This document shows positions 1 through 9,401 of a stretch of DNA of 64,000 bases, piece by piece. The DNA is taken from assembly GCA_043803105.1 (NCBI GenBank), contig JAZDKJ010000012.1:32001-96000 (forward strand). The letters are read 5' to 3'. The DNA is from Candidatus Woesearchaeota archaeon. Its GTDB lineage: Archaea; Nanobdellota; Nanobdellia; Woesearchaeales; JAZDKJ01. A model generated the notes under the pieces. The model was not told where the DNA came from, searched no databases, and saw only the letters and a program-made list of their open reading frames with translations. The stretch's first letter is position 1. Every line of letters begins with the position of its first letter. Position numbers and translations under genes: made by a program.

Positions 1-908
1 AAAAGTGCGGTTTTGATTGCTCTCTTGTTCCTGTCCCAGAATCTCAGGCCTGTGGCCCCCTTTCTATTGGCATTGGTGTTAATTGTGATGTATCTTCTTG
101 TTCCCTTCCGCAGACCTCCACTTCAACATACCAATTTAGGCCTGTAGTGGCTGCCTCGTCAAATTATAATCTGACAACCTACCAGCGCATCCAATACCTT
201 CTTACCTCAAATAACGGACTCCTTGCCAATCTTGCAACCTGTTCTTCTGCCAAGCCTTTGGCAGTTTGCCTCGCTCCCTTGTCATCAGTTATGTCAGAAA
301 AAGACCCTAGCCTAAAGTGGGGTTTTGACCTTGATTGTGATTCAAATGCAGAGATGGTTTTTGACAGGTTTGCTGAAAATCTTCTTTTGTGTTCAATGTC
401 CGCTACAGATAATTGTGTATGTAATCTTGCAATGGACATTGGTAAGCAGATGGTCCCTGACGGCACTTTTGAAATCAAGCTCTCAAATTCTGGCTCAACC
501 ACTGTTCTGCAGTCAGACAAGGTTAAGGACTTCACTGTACCTGTTTTATCAAGCATTTTCCTGAGGTCCATGACATCATCTGAAAAAGCAGATTTCAAAT
601 ATGACATAAACTACAGGAAGGGTGTTTTCTACAAGGCAAGCCTTAACACTGCAAATTATGTTTCTGTTTTGGGCAAAAATGTGAGGATTGTGAAGCAGGG
701 AAAGGCCTTGACATTTGTTGATGATGAGGTTTTTGCTGCATCATTTGCCTCAATGCCCTCTTGCACTGTTCAGAAGGATACTCTACGAGTTTGCGTCTCA
801 AGGCTTATTTCAGGCAAGCCTGAGCAGGTTTATGCATTCAACCCATTGACAGGCAAGGTCGAGCCTCGTAACCTGGTGTATAGGTTTGCGATTAAAGCCT
901 CTGTTTGA
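1..908 (+). CDS. Cys-rich hypothetical, probably exported protein (5'-partial)
   Basis: The frame of ORF 147..908 is open back to position 3 (KCGFDCSLVPVPESQAC...). Many Cys/Ser residues, no recognisable motif. Confidence 0.6.
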   Translation, partial: KCGFDCSLVPVPESQACGPLSIGIGVNCDVSSCSLPQTSTSTYQFRPVVAASSNYNLTTYQRIQYLLTSNNGLLANLATCSSAKPLAVCLAPLSSVMSEKDPSLKWGFDLDCDSNAEMVFDRFAENLLLCSMSATDNCVCNLAMDIGKQMVPDGTFEIKLSNSGSTTVLQSDKVKDFTVPVLSSIFLRSMTSSEKADFKYDINYRKGVFYKASLNTANYVSVLGKNVRIVKQGKALTFVDDEVFAASFASMPSCTVQKDTLRVCVSRLISGKPEQVYAFNPLTGKVEPRNLVYRFAIKASV

Positions 909-950
909 TTATACAAAATTATATAAATGTCTCAATAACCCTTCACTCTT

Positions 951-1952
951 ATGATTCAGATTCCGCTGGCAGATGTTTTGTCAAAGATCAAGGAGAAGAC
1001 CGGTCTTTCTGATGAAGAGATTAATTCCAGGATTGCATTGAAGCTAAAACAGCTCTCAGGCCTTATCTCCAGGGAGGGAGCTGCCCACATTGTTGCAAAT
1101 GAGCTCGGCGTCAAGCTTTTTGAGAATCTTTCAGGTAAGCTTCAGATAAAGAACATTCTTGCTGGCATGCGCGATGTTGAGACCATTGGCAAGGTTCTTT
1201 TTGTGAACGAGCCTCGTGAGTTCCAGTCAGAGAACCGCTCTGGCAAGGTTGGTTCCATTGTTATAGGAGATGAGACTGGTACTATTAGGATTGTCTGCTG
1301 GGGCAATCAGGCAGACAAGATGTCTTCTGTTGTTCAGGATAACATTGTCAAGATTAAGGGTGGCTATGTGCGAGAGAATAATGGCATAAAAGAGGTTCAT
1401 CTTAATGACCGTGGCCTGTTGATGGTCAACCCCAAGGGTGAGACTGTTGGCGAGGTTAAATCTCAAGCTCTTGAGAAGCCTGCCAGAAAGACAATAAAGG
1501 AACTGCAGGAGAACGATAATAATGTTGAGGTCCTCGGTACAATTGTCCAGGCCTTTGAGCCGAAGTTCTATGAGGTCTGCCCTCAGTGCAACAAGCGCCT
1601 GAAGCAGTCTGATTCAGGTTTTGTATGTGACCAGCATAGCTCTGTTGTTCCAAGTTATGCCTATGTTCTTAACCTCTTTCTTGACGACGGTACAGAGAAC
1701 ATTCGCGTTGTTTTCTTCCGCGACCAGGTTGAAAAGCTTGTCAGCAAGTCAAAGGAGCTGATGCTCTCAATGCGCGACAAACCCGAAGAGTTTGAGACTT
1801 TGAAGACAGAGCTTCTTGGGAACATCATTAAGGTCTCCGGCAGGGTTACAAAGAACCAGATGTTTGACCGCCTTGAGCTTGTCGCAAGGTCTGTTGACCC
1901 TTCCCCTAATCCTCAGGAAGAGATAGATCGCCTTAAGCCAAATGATGGCTAG
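951..1952 (+). CDS. rpa: Replication protein A (OB-fold ssDNA-binding protein with Zn finger)
   Basis: N-terminal LISREGAAHIVANELGV, OB-fold GDETGTIRIVCW, CPQC...CDQH Zn site, second OB-fold LDDGTENIRVVFF. Confidence 0.9.
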   Translation: MIQIPLADVLSKIKEKTGLSDEEINSRIALKLKQLSGLISREGAAHIVANELGVKLFENLSGKLQIKNILAGMRDVETIGKVLFVNEPREFQSENRSGKVGSIVIGDETGTIRIVCWGNQADKMSSVVQDNIVKIKGGYVRENNGIKEVHLNDRGLLMVNPKGETVGEVKSQALEKPARKTIKELQENDNNVEVLGTIVQAFEPKFYEVCPQCNKRLKQSDSGFVCDQHSSVVPSYAYVLNLFLDDGTENIRVVFFRDQVEKLVSKSKELMLSMRDKPEEFETLKTELLGNIIKVSGRVTKNQMFDRLELVARSVDPSPNPQEEIDRLKPNDG

Positions 1953-2406
1953 GACCCACGCTGCCTTCGGCCTTTTGTGTGCCTTGTGTGCCTTGTTTTT
2001 CATCAGTTTCTTCAGTAAGGACATGATCATTCCAGTAGTTGCTGTCATCTTTGCTTTGGTGCCTGACATCGACACTCCAAAGTCTTTTGTTGGCAGGCGC
2101 CTCGGCCCAATTTCTTATGTCATCAATTTCCTGTTCGGTCACCGCAGGCTTTTTCATGCTGTTTGGCTCCCCACATTGCTTTTTGTTGTGTTTGCAAGAT
2201 TCAATCTGTCTGTGGCTATTGGTATTGCCATTGGTTATCTTTCCCACCTTGTGCTTGACTTGTCTAATGACCGAGGCATTCAGCCCTTATATCCATTAAG
2301 ATTTCACATAAGCGGACCATTTAAAACCGGAGGCTTTTTCGAGGTTTTGATTTTTATTGTAATTGTATCTTCTGATTTTCTCATTTTATTGAGAATCTTT
2401 GGCTAA
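1942..2406 (+). CDS. Membrane-bound metal-dependent hydrolase (YdjM-like)
   Basis: THAAFG, LVPDID, GHRRLFH and SHLVLD motifs with TM helices. Confidence 0.85.
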   Translation: MMARTHAAFGLLCALCALFFISFFSKDMIIPVVAVIFALVPDIDTPKSFVGRRLGPISYVINFLFGHRRLFHAVWLPTLLFVVFARFNLSVAIGIAIGYLSHLVLDLSNDRGIQPLYPLRFHISGPFKTGGFFEVLIFIVIVSSDFLILLRIFG

Positions 2407-2440
2407 TCTTTATAAGATATTATTAGCATGCCAACTTATT

Positions 2441-3187
2441 ATGAAAGGTTTAATAGTTGCTGTTGGTGAAAAGGACTCTATCAGCAGAGACAGGACATCC
2501 GAAATTAGGGGGTTATCAGAGTACGCCAGTATGCCTGTTGTTAAGCATATTCTGATGAGCTTTGACAAGATAGGCGTGAATGAGACACTTTTGCTTGTGA
2601 ATCCAAATCACAAAAGGCAGTATGAACAGGCACTGTCTGGCTATAATGGTGTAAGACTAGAGGAAACAAGAATCCCTTCATCTGATGTAACCTTTTCTTA
2701 TATTGATGGTTTCGGTCGCTTAGGTACAGGAGACCACATTATTGCATCTCCTGATGATTGCCTTTTTACGTTTTCTCTTGAAGGTTTGATGAGCAGGTTC
2801 AATGGCATTGCAGATACTGGCATGGGTGTTATGGCAGTAAGAAATAAAGTTCATATTCAAGATGATAATTTTGCAGAATCTAATTACGGTTGGTGCACTG
2901 TTGACAAAGCGGGCAGGTTTACTGAAGTCAAATCTTCTTTTCATGACAAGAACAAGCCTTGGCCAGAGAACCGCGCTTTTGTGACTCTTGACCTCAGCAT
3001 AATCCATAAGGATATGATATGCTCTTTGCTGAAAGATATCCAGAAACCCAACATCCAGGGCGAGCAGCTTATCAGGAAATACTCAACACAGTTCTATGCT
3101 TGGGTAATTAACGAAGGTGCGTGGTTTGACATCGGCAAGCCCAGCTCAAGAAAGAAAGCTGAAGAGTACTTTTCTTCTTTACATTAG
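2441..3187 (+). CDS. Sugar-phosphate nucleotidyltransferase-like protein (degenerate N-terminal motif)
   Basis: MKGLIVAVG start, YGWCTVDKAGRF, C-terminal WFDIG. The canonical GxGTR motif is missing. TATA-like TTTATAA about 25 nt upstream of ATG 2441. Confidence 0.6.
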   Translation: MKGLIVAVGEKDSISRDRTSEIRGLSEYASMPVVKHILMSFDKIGVNETLLLVNPNHKRQYEQALSGYNGVRLEETRIPSSDVTFSYIDGFGRLGTGDHIIASPDDCLFTFSLEGLMSRFNGIADTGMGVMAVRNKVHIQDDNFAESNYGWCTVDKAGRFTEVKSSFHDKNKPWPENRAFVTLDLSIIHKDMICSLLKDIQKPNIQGEQLIRKYSTQFYAWVINEGAWFDIGKPSSRKKAEEYFSSLH

Positions 3188-3330
3188 TTGCCACTTATCC
3201 ACTGGACATTCACGCGTAGCCTATTTAAGCCATTTCCTTCTGTTATATTGCATTGACTCCAGCCCCTGGGGCCCTAGTAGCTCATAACTAAGGGGGTTTG
3301 AAACAAAACGCGAAAGCAATGGAGATTAAA

Positions 3331-3609
3331 ATGAAACAAGAAAATAAGGTGGGGCCTGAAAAAAGGTTTAGTGCTGGTGCAGTTAACGCCAACATCTGGA
3401 GAAATGAGGTCCCTAACAAGACCGCAGGAACTTCTGGGTATTATACAATAAGCTTGCAGCGAAGCTATAAGGACAAGGCTGGCAAATGGCAGAACTCTAG
3501 TTCTATGCGCATAAACGACCTGCCAAAGGCTGCTTTAGTCCTTAGTAGGTCTTACGAGTACCTGGTTCTTAAGGAGAACCAGGAAGATACTGCGGATTCT
3601 GCGTATTAG
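3331..3609 (+). CDS. Small conserved protein, putative ssDNA-binding (SSB/PC4-like)
   Basis: KRFSAGAVNANIWRN...ISLQRSYKDKAGKWQNSSSMRINDLPKA pattern, directly upstream of radA. GGAG precedes ATG 3331. Confidence 0.55.
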   Translation: MKQENKVGPEKRFSAGAVNANIWRNEVPNKTAGTSGYYTISLQRSYKDKAGKWQNSSSMRINDLPKAALVLSRSYEYLVLKENQEDTADSAY

Positions 3610-3620
3610 AGGTGAAAAAA

Positions 3621-4646
3621 ATGACAAAAGCTTTATTAATCGCCAAGACTATCAGGCAGGAAGGTGAAGTGATGGTAAAGAATGATCGCAAGGAATTGTC
3701 TGTTGAAGACTTGCCCGGTGTTGGCCAGACCACAGCAGAGAAATTAAGGGAGACTGGTTACACAAGTCTTATTGCTGTTGCTGTTGCCTCTCCTGCTGAA
3801 CTTGCAGAGACAGCTGGTGTAACCGACGCTGCAGCAAGAAAGATGATTGCCTTTGCACGCTCTTCTATGAGGATGGGTTTTGAATCAGGCACTGACCTGT
3901 TGAAGAAGCGTGAGCTGGTAATTAAAATCCCTACTGGCTCTGCAGAATTTGACAGATTGATGGGTGGTGGCTTTGAAACTGGAGCAATTACAGAATGCTT
4001 TGGTGAGTTCGGCTCAGGCAAGACGCAAATTGCCCACATGTTGTGTGTTAATTGCCAAAAGCAGGACCCTGAATCTTATGCAGTATATATTGATACAGAG
4101 AACACTTTCCGCCCTGAGCGAATAATTGAGCTTGCCAAGGGCGCTGGCCTTGATGAGCATCAGGTTCTGAGCCATATCAAGGTTGCAAGGGCTTATAATT
4201 CAGACCATCAGATGCTCCTGGCAGAAAAGGTTGAGGATATTATCACAAATCAGAAGCTCAATGTCAAGGTTGTCATTGTTGATTCCCTTACCGCACATTT
4301 TAGGGCTGAGTTTATTGGTCGTGGTACCTTAGCTGAAAGGCAACAAAAGCTCAATCGCCACATGCATGTTTTATTGAAGCTTGCAGATGTGAACAACACT
4401 TGCGTTTACGTAACTAATCAAGTCATGGCAAGGCCCGACGTATTTTTCGGCGACCCGACCCAGGCCATTGGCGGTCATATTGTGGCCCATGCCTCTACCT
4501 TTAGGATTTATTTAAGGAAAGGCAAGAAAGGCTCAAGGGTTGCAAAGCTTGTTGATGCTCCTAATCTGCCTGACGGCGAAGTTGGCTTCTATGTTACAGA
4601 AGGCGGCCTAAAGGAGCTTTCGGTAACAAAGCTTGCAGAAGAATAA
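3621..4646 (+). CDS. radA: DNA repair and recombination protein RadA
   Basis: HhH N-terminus (EDLPGVG), Walker A GEFGSGKTQ, IDTENTFRPER, GGHIVAHAST. Alternative start at ATG 3672. Confidence 0.97.
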   Translation: MTKALLIAKTIRQEGEVMVKNDRKELSVEDLPGVGQTTAEKLRETGYTSLIAVAVASPAELAETAGVTDAAARKMIAFARSSMRMGFESGTDLLKKRELVIKIPTGSAEFDRLMGGGFETGAITECFGEFGSGKTQIAHMLCVNCQKQDPESYAVYIDTENTFRPERIIELAKGAGLDEHQVLSHIKVARAYNSDHQMLLAEKVEDIITNQKLNVKVVIVDSLTAHFRAEFIGRGTLAERQQKLNRHMHVLLKLADVNNTCVYVTNQVMARPDVFFGDPTQAIGGHIVAHASTFRIYLRKGKKGSRVAKLVDAPNLPDGEVGFYVTEGGLKELSVTKLAEE

Positions 4647-4656
4647 TTTTTTTTTA
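4647..4656 (+). terminator. Oligo-T archaeal terminator after radA
   Basis: T10 run immediately after the radA stop codon. Confidence 0.5.
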
Positions 4657-4827
4657 TTTGTAATGCCAAGCGGTTATTGCAACCGCTTTTCTTTCTTATT
4701 TCTTGACAAATCAGGTATAATGCTATTTAAACCCGTGGCTTCTCACCCAAAACCATCATATTTAAATATCCTTAATGCAATTCTCCACCTGTTGCACATT
4801 AGATGCATCAGAAAGGTGAAATAAAAT

Positions 4828-5229
4828 ATGAATAGAAGTTTTAACAGGAATGAAGGTAGTCATGGGCCACGAGAATTTAGGGGCGGTATGGACGATGGTG
4901 TCCGGCCTGTGAATGTTGGAGAGGAGTTGACCGTTAAGATTGAGGCTGTCGGCGAGAAGGGCGACGGTATCGCAAAAAAGGATGGTTTCGTCCTGTTTGT
5001 GCCTAACACCTCAGCCGGCGACGAAGTCAAGGTAAGGGTCACAAAGGTTTTGCGCAGGGTTGGTTTTGCAGAAGTGATTGGTAGCGCAGAGCCGTCAAAG
5101 CAGGCAAAGAAGGAAGAAGCCCCTGAAGACACTGAGGACTTTGGTGAAGAAAGTGGAGAATCTTCGGAAGACGTTCAAGAAGAATCTGAAGAAAAGGACG
5201 TTGAGGAAGAAGAGTCTGATAAGCAATAA
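4828..5229 (+). CDS. TRAM-domain RNA-binding protein with acidic tail
   Basis: PVNVGEELTVKIEAVGEKGDGIAKKDGFVLFVP is the typical archaeal single-TRAM protein. Confidence 0.9.
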   Translation: MNRSFNRNEGSHGPREFRGGMDDGVRPVNVGEELTVKIEAVGEKGDGIAKKDGFVLFVPNTSAGDEVKVRVTKVLRRVGFAEVIGSAEPSKQAKKEEAPEDTEDFGEESGESSEDVQEESEEKDVEEEESDKQ

Positions 5230-5270
5230 TTTTTTCTTTTTGTCAGCCCTGATTTATCAGGGTTATTAAT

Positions 5271-5801
5271 ATGAGGTTGTTCATAGCTCTGGACTTTGTT
5301 GAGCATAAAGATTATTTTATTAAGCTACAAGAGGAGTTCAGTAAGCCTGGAAGATACAGCCTCCCCAAATCTTTTCATTTGACCCTGAAATTTCTTGGCG
5401 AGGTGCCGGATTCAAACATTTCCCAAATCAAGGATGCTCTTTCCAAGGTTTCATTCAAGCCCTTTAGCCTAAGATTGAATAGGTTGGGTGTTTTTCCGAG
5501 CCTTAGTTATGTTCGTGTTCTTTGGGTTGATGTCCTTCCCTTGGAAGAGGTTTCAACCCTTCAAAGGTCAATCGATGCTGCTTTGCGTGGATGGTTTGCT
5601 CCTGACAATAGGTTTCATCCTCATATTACACTAGCAAGGGTTAAGTCCATTGCTGACAAACAGAAATTTGATGAGCTGCTCAATAATCAGGTTGAGGTAA
5701 AGACTGTTGTCATTGAATCTTTTAACCTGATTAGAAGCGTTCTGTCTTCGAAAGGTCCTTCCTATGAGTTGGTTGATGGTTTTCGAGCGCAAGATATTTA
5801 A
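5271..5801 (+). CDS. thpR: RNA 2',3'-cyclic phosphodiesterase (2'-5' RNA ligase, 2H family)
   Basis: MRLFIAL, HLTLKFLG and PHITLAR (two HxT motifs). Confidence 0.95.
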   Translation: MRLFIALDFVEHKDYFIKLQEEFSKPGRYSLPKSFHLTLKFLGEVPDSNISQIKDALSKVSFKPFSLRLNRLGVFPSLSYVRVLWVDVLPLEEVSTLQRSIDAALRGWFAPDNRFHPHITLARVKSIADKQKFDELLNNQVEVKTVVIESFNLIRSVLSSKGPSYELVDGFRAQDI

Positions 5802-5825
5802 GCGCAGTTTCTCTAAACTTAATAA
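5730..5825 (+). repeat. Array boundary repeat R0 (native thpR 3' end plus spacer with TATA-like box)
   Basis: attagaagcgttctgtcttcgaaaggtccttcctatgag...gatatttaagcgcagtttctctaaacttaataa, homologous to 7463, 9308, 11041 and 12782. Confidence 0.85.
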
Positions 5826-7376
5826 ATGGTTTCAAAAAGGGGTGATTCTTACACTGTTCTTTATGGTGTTCTTGTTGTTTTGGTTGGCTTGATTGTGATT
5901 TTTGGCTTTCGTTCGATTGTTCAGTTGAACCAGAGTGCTCAGGATGTAAAGGTTTTGCAGTTCATTACAAGTTTGGATGAGGATGCACAGACTATGTCTT
6001 CTAAGGTTGGCTCTCTAACTCAATCAACCTACTCTCTTCCTATGGTTGTTAACGAGGTCTGTTTTGCTGATTTACAGACTTCACCTGAAAGTATTGGTAG
6101 TGCTCTTATCGGGAAATACTCTTTCATTAAACGCTCTGTCGAATCTGGTTCTGGTAAGAATGTTTTTTTGGTTGGTGACAAGTTTTTTGATTCGTATTCT
6201 GTTCCCAGCCTGCATTTAGATGATGGAGTCATGTTTGCTTGCCTGAATCCTGAGGCTAAGGTTTTGTCTCTTGACCTTAAGGGTTCTGCTAAAGGTGCTG
6301 TGCTTGTTAAGGGTTGGAGGGTTGAGCGCACTCTCTCTACCTCTGCGACTACTGATATTGTTTCTGCTGATAGTTCAGCATTAATGTCTGTTCCTGCCGG
6401 CGCTTCTGCCTCTCCAACACTTTCTGTTGAGGTTATCTCTCATCCAGGCTACGATTTCTTGAGTGAGGCCTATAAGTTTGGTCCATCAGGAACAGTTTTT
6501 GATCCGGCTGCAACCATTTCAATCTCCTTCAATCCCGCTGAGATAACAGTCTGTCCGCCTGGCAGGGCACAATTTGTCTTCAAGCTGTACGATGACAATA
6601 ATCAATTCATTGAGGACCTTCAGTATGATTCTGTTGATTGTGTTAGTCATGTTATGACTTTCAGGCTTGACCATTTCAGTTGGGGAGGCATTGCTGCTGT
6701 CCAGGCGACACAATATACGCTCAACGTTGTTATTAACAATGAGGGGACTGTAATAGCCAAGGTTGGTGGAAATATAGTTCCTTTACCGCTTACTGCTGAC
6801 TTCGGAGCTGTGGTTCACCTTGTGGCTGGTCCGAATTTTGTTGGGTGGAGTACCATTCCAGCTGTTGCGCCTTTTAGTTCAGCTAACACTCTCTATCAAA
6901 CGTTGACTGCGACAGGTACGATTTACGCCAATTTCCGTGCTAGTGGTCTTACGGGCAAATGGGCTAGTGTTTTAGCCAATGGATACAAGTGCAATGTCAA
7001 AAACACGTACATCGGAATTGGCTATCACGAGAGGGGAATACCGGGGGCCATAGATGTTGCCCCCAATCAAATAACCTACTTCATTATTGATCCAACCGGA
7101 TACACTGGACTTGATTATAGCGGCAGAAACATTGTCGTTAGGGCACTTGACTACGATCAAAGTAATACAGGCACGTCAAAAGATACGGTATCCAAAGCCA
7201 GATTGATTGTAGTGGATCGCAATGGCAATGAAATTGTAATTTATAATCTTGGTGGAGAAAATAACAATTTTGTTGGCACTGTTCAATGTGATGCCACCAC
7301 CAAAGATAGGATTTATATTGTTGAGCACAAGCAGGGAGATTTAAGAGGAGCTCAGATATCCTCCTGGTGGCCGTAA
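5826..7376 (+). CDS. Modular surface protein 1 (class III signal-like, ZU5-like HFSW domain, InlB-B-like repeat, variable tip)
   Basis: MVSKRG-DS plus TM helix; FGPSGTVF...LDHFSWG; YTLNVVINNEGTV...FVGWS...YANF; tip ends SSWWP. Confidence 0.8.
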   Translation: MVSKRGDSYTVLYGVLVVLVGLIVIFGFRSIVQLNQSAQDVKVLQFITSLDEDAQTMSSKVGSLTQSTYSLPMVVNEVCFADLQTSPESIGSALIGKYSFIKRSVESGSGKNVFLVGDKFFDSYSVPSLHLDDGVMFACLNPEAKVLSLDLKGSAKGAVLVKGWRVERTLSTSATTDIVSADSSALMSVPAGASASPTLSVEVISHPGYDFLSEAYKFGPSGTVFDPAATISISFNPAEITVCPPGRAQFVFKLYDDNNQFIEDLQYDSVDCVSHVMTFRLDHFSWGGIAAVQATQYTLNVVINNEGTVIAKVGGNIVPLPLTADFGAVVHLVAGPNFVGWSTIPAVAPFSSANTLYQTLTATGTIYANFRASGLTGKWASVLANGYKCNVKNTYIGIGYHERGIPGAIDVAPNQITYFIIDPTGYTGLDYSGRNIVVRALDYDQSNTGTSKDTVSKARLIVVDRNGNEIVIYNLGGENNNFVGTVQCDATTKDRIYIVEHKQGDLRGAQISSWWP

Positions 7377-7462
7377 AAAGAACGGCGGACAGCAGTTGAC
7401 CAATTAAAATTAACGAGGGCAGATTTCCCAAACACAATTTTTTACTTTTTCTGGAATGTTAT

Positions 7463-7556
7463 ATTCGAAGTTCTGTCCTCGGCAGGGCCTTCGTATGAGT
7501 TAATCGAAGGTTTTCGAGCGGAAGATATTTAAACGCAATTTCCCCCAACTTAATAA
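7463..7556 (+). repeat. Array boundary repeat R1 (displaced thpR 3' end remnant)
   Basis: Reads VLSSAGPSYELIEGFRAEDI* versus the ThpR C-terminus VLSSKGPSYELVDGFRAQDI*. Confidence 0.9.
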
Positions 7557-9191
7557 ATGGTTTCAAAAAGGGGTGATTCTTACACTGTTCTTTATTGTGC
7601 TGTTGTTGTTTTGGTTGGCTTGATTGTGATTTTTGGCTTTCGTTCGATTGTTCAGTTGAACCAGAGTGCTCAGGATGTAAAGGTTTTGCAGTTCATTACA
7701 AGTTTGGATGAGGATGCACAGACTATGTCTGCTAAGCTTGGCGCTCTAATGCAATCAACCTACTCTCTTCCTGGTGTGGTTAAGGAAGTTTGTTTTGCTG
7801 ATTTGTTGGCTTCTCCGGAATCTATTGGAAGCGTTGATATTGGGAATTATCCTTTCATCAAGCGTTCTGTCGAATCTGGCTCTGGCAAGAATGTCTTCTT
7901 GGTTGGTGACAAGTTTTTTGGTTCGTATTCTGTTCCTAGCCTTAATTTGGGTGATGGTGTTATGTTTGCTTGCCTGAATGCTGAAGGCAAGGTTTTGTCT
8001 GTTGCTTTGAGGGATTCTGCCAAAGGCACTGTGCTTGTTAAGGGTTGGAGGGTTGAGCGCAATTTATCCTCCTCTGCAAATACTGATATTGTCTCTGCCG
8101 ATGGATCTGCAACCTTATCTGTTCTTGCTGGCTCCTCTGCCTCTCCCACCCTCTCTATTGAGGTTATCCCGCATCCAGGCTACAATTTCTTGAGTGAGGC
8201 TTACAGGTTCGGCCCTTCTGGGACTGTTTTCACAGACCATGTCATTCTGGCTGTAAATTTTGACCCGACCATCTGTCCACCTGGTCCAGATGAGTATGTT
8301 TTCAGGCTTTTTGATGACAACAACCAGTTTGTAGAAGATATCAAATATGATTCTGTTGATTGTGTTAATCATGTTATGACTTTCAAGCTTGACCATTTCA
8401 GTTGGGGTGCAATTGCTGCTGTTCAGGAGGCACAATACACTTTCAACGTTGTCATTAACAATGGAGGGACTGTTATGGCCACGGTTGGTGGAAATATAGT
8501 CCCTTTACCGCTTACTGCTGACTTCGGAACTGTGGTTCACCTTGTGGCTGGTCCGAATTTTGTTGGGTGGAGTACCATTCCAGCTGGTGCGCCTTTTAGT
8601 TCAGCTAATACTTTCTATCAGACGTTGACTGCGACAGGTACGATTTACGCCAATTTCCGTGCTAGTCAAACTGTTCAGCCGCAGAAAGGCGAGTGGTATG
8701 GCATAATGCAGTCTGCCTACAAGATGGACCAGGATGTGCAGATAAGGGCTCCTGATGGCACGTGGGCGGCTGCCGGCCAGGGCTTTGGATATGGCTGCCA
8801 CCCTACTCCGGGAATATGCTCTCCTGACATGGTCTGGATATATCCCGGTCAGACTTTGTACTTCCTTATAGACATCAATTATTCAAAATCCTGGTCTTGG
8901 AATCCAGACTATTGGAAATACTGCGAGGGCAACTATGTCACGGTAAATATTTATGATTATAACCAGCGTCACACTGCAGGCTACTATGGCGTCGATTTGA
9001 TTGCGGTTGACGTTTACGGAAGCGAAATTCCCCTTCCATACAAGCCTTACTTTGGAAGCGCTGGGAATGGCGTATTCCAGGGGTATATCGGAACATCACA
9101 GCACTCCTCCGGAAGGCTGTACATCCTTAAAATCCATTCTTTGCTCAATGAACAGGCGCTGCTGAGGGTCAACTGGAGGTGCGGGAGATAA
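7557..9191 (+). CDS. Modular surface protein 2 (paralog, different tip)
   Basis: Near-identical N-terminus to 5826 gene, LDHFSWG, linker identical up to ANFRAS, then a divergent aromatic-rich tip. Confidence 0.8.
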   Translation: MVSKRGDSYTVLYCAVVVLVGLIVIFGFRSIVQLNQSAQDVKVLQFITSLDEDAQTMSAKLGALMQSTYSLPGVVKEVCFADLLASPESIGSVDIGNYPFIKRSVESGSGKNVFLVGDKFFGSYSVPSLNLGDGVMFACLNAEGKVLSVALRDSAKGTVLVKGWRVERNLSSSANTDIVSADGSATLSVLAGSSASPTLSIEVIPHPGYNFLSEAYRFGPSGTVFTDHVILAVNFDPTICPPGPDEYVFRLFDDNNQFVEDIKYDSVDCVNHVMTFKLDHFSWGAIAAVQEAQYTFNVVINNGGTVMATVGGNIVPLPLTADFGTVVHLVAGPNFVGWSTIPAGAPFSSANTFYQTLTATGTIYANFRASQTVQPQKGEWYGIMQSAYKMDQDVQIRAPDGTWAAAGQGFGYGCHPTPGICSPDMVWIYPGQTLYFLIDINYSKSWSWNPDYWKYCEGNYVTVNIYDYNQRHTAGYYGVDLIAVDVYGSEIPLPYKPYFGSAGNGVFQGYIGTSQHSSGRLYILKIHSLLNEQALLRVNWRCGR

Positions 9192-9307
9192 ATATCTCCC
9201 GGGACAAATATCTTCGATGAAATTTGCGTTTGGTTTTATTATTGGCAATTTATGCCTCATTTTTCTCTCGAATTCTGCACTGGCTCAGTCCCTTTCTGGC
9301 ATATTAT

Positions 9308-9401
9308 ATTCGAAGTTCTGTCCTCGGCAGGGCCTTCGTATGAGTTAATCGAAGGTTTTCGAGCGCAAGATATTTAAACGCAATTTCTCCCAACTTAATA
9401 A
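9308..9401 (+). repeat. Array boundary repeat R2 (thpR 3' end remnant)
   Basis: Near-identical to R1; reads VLSSAGPSYELIEGFRAQDI*. Confidence 0.9.
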
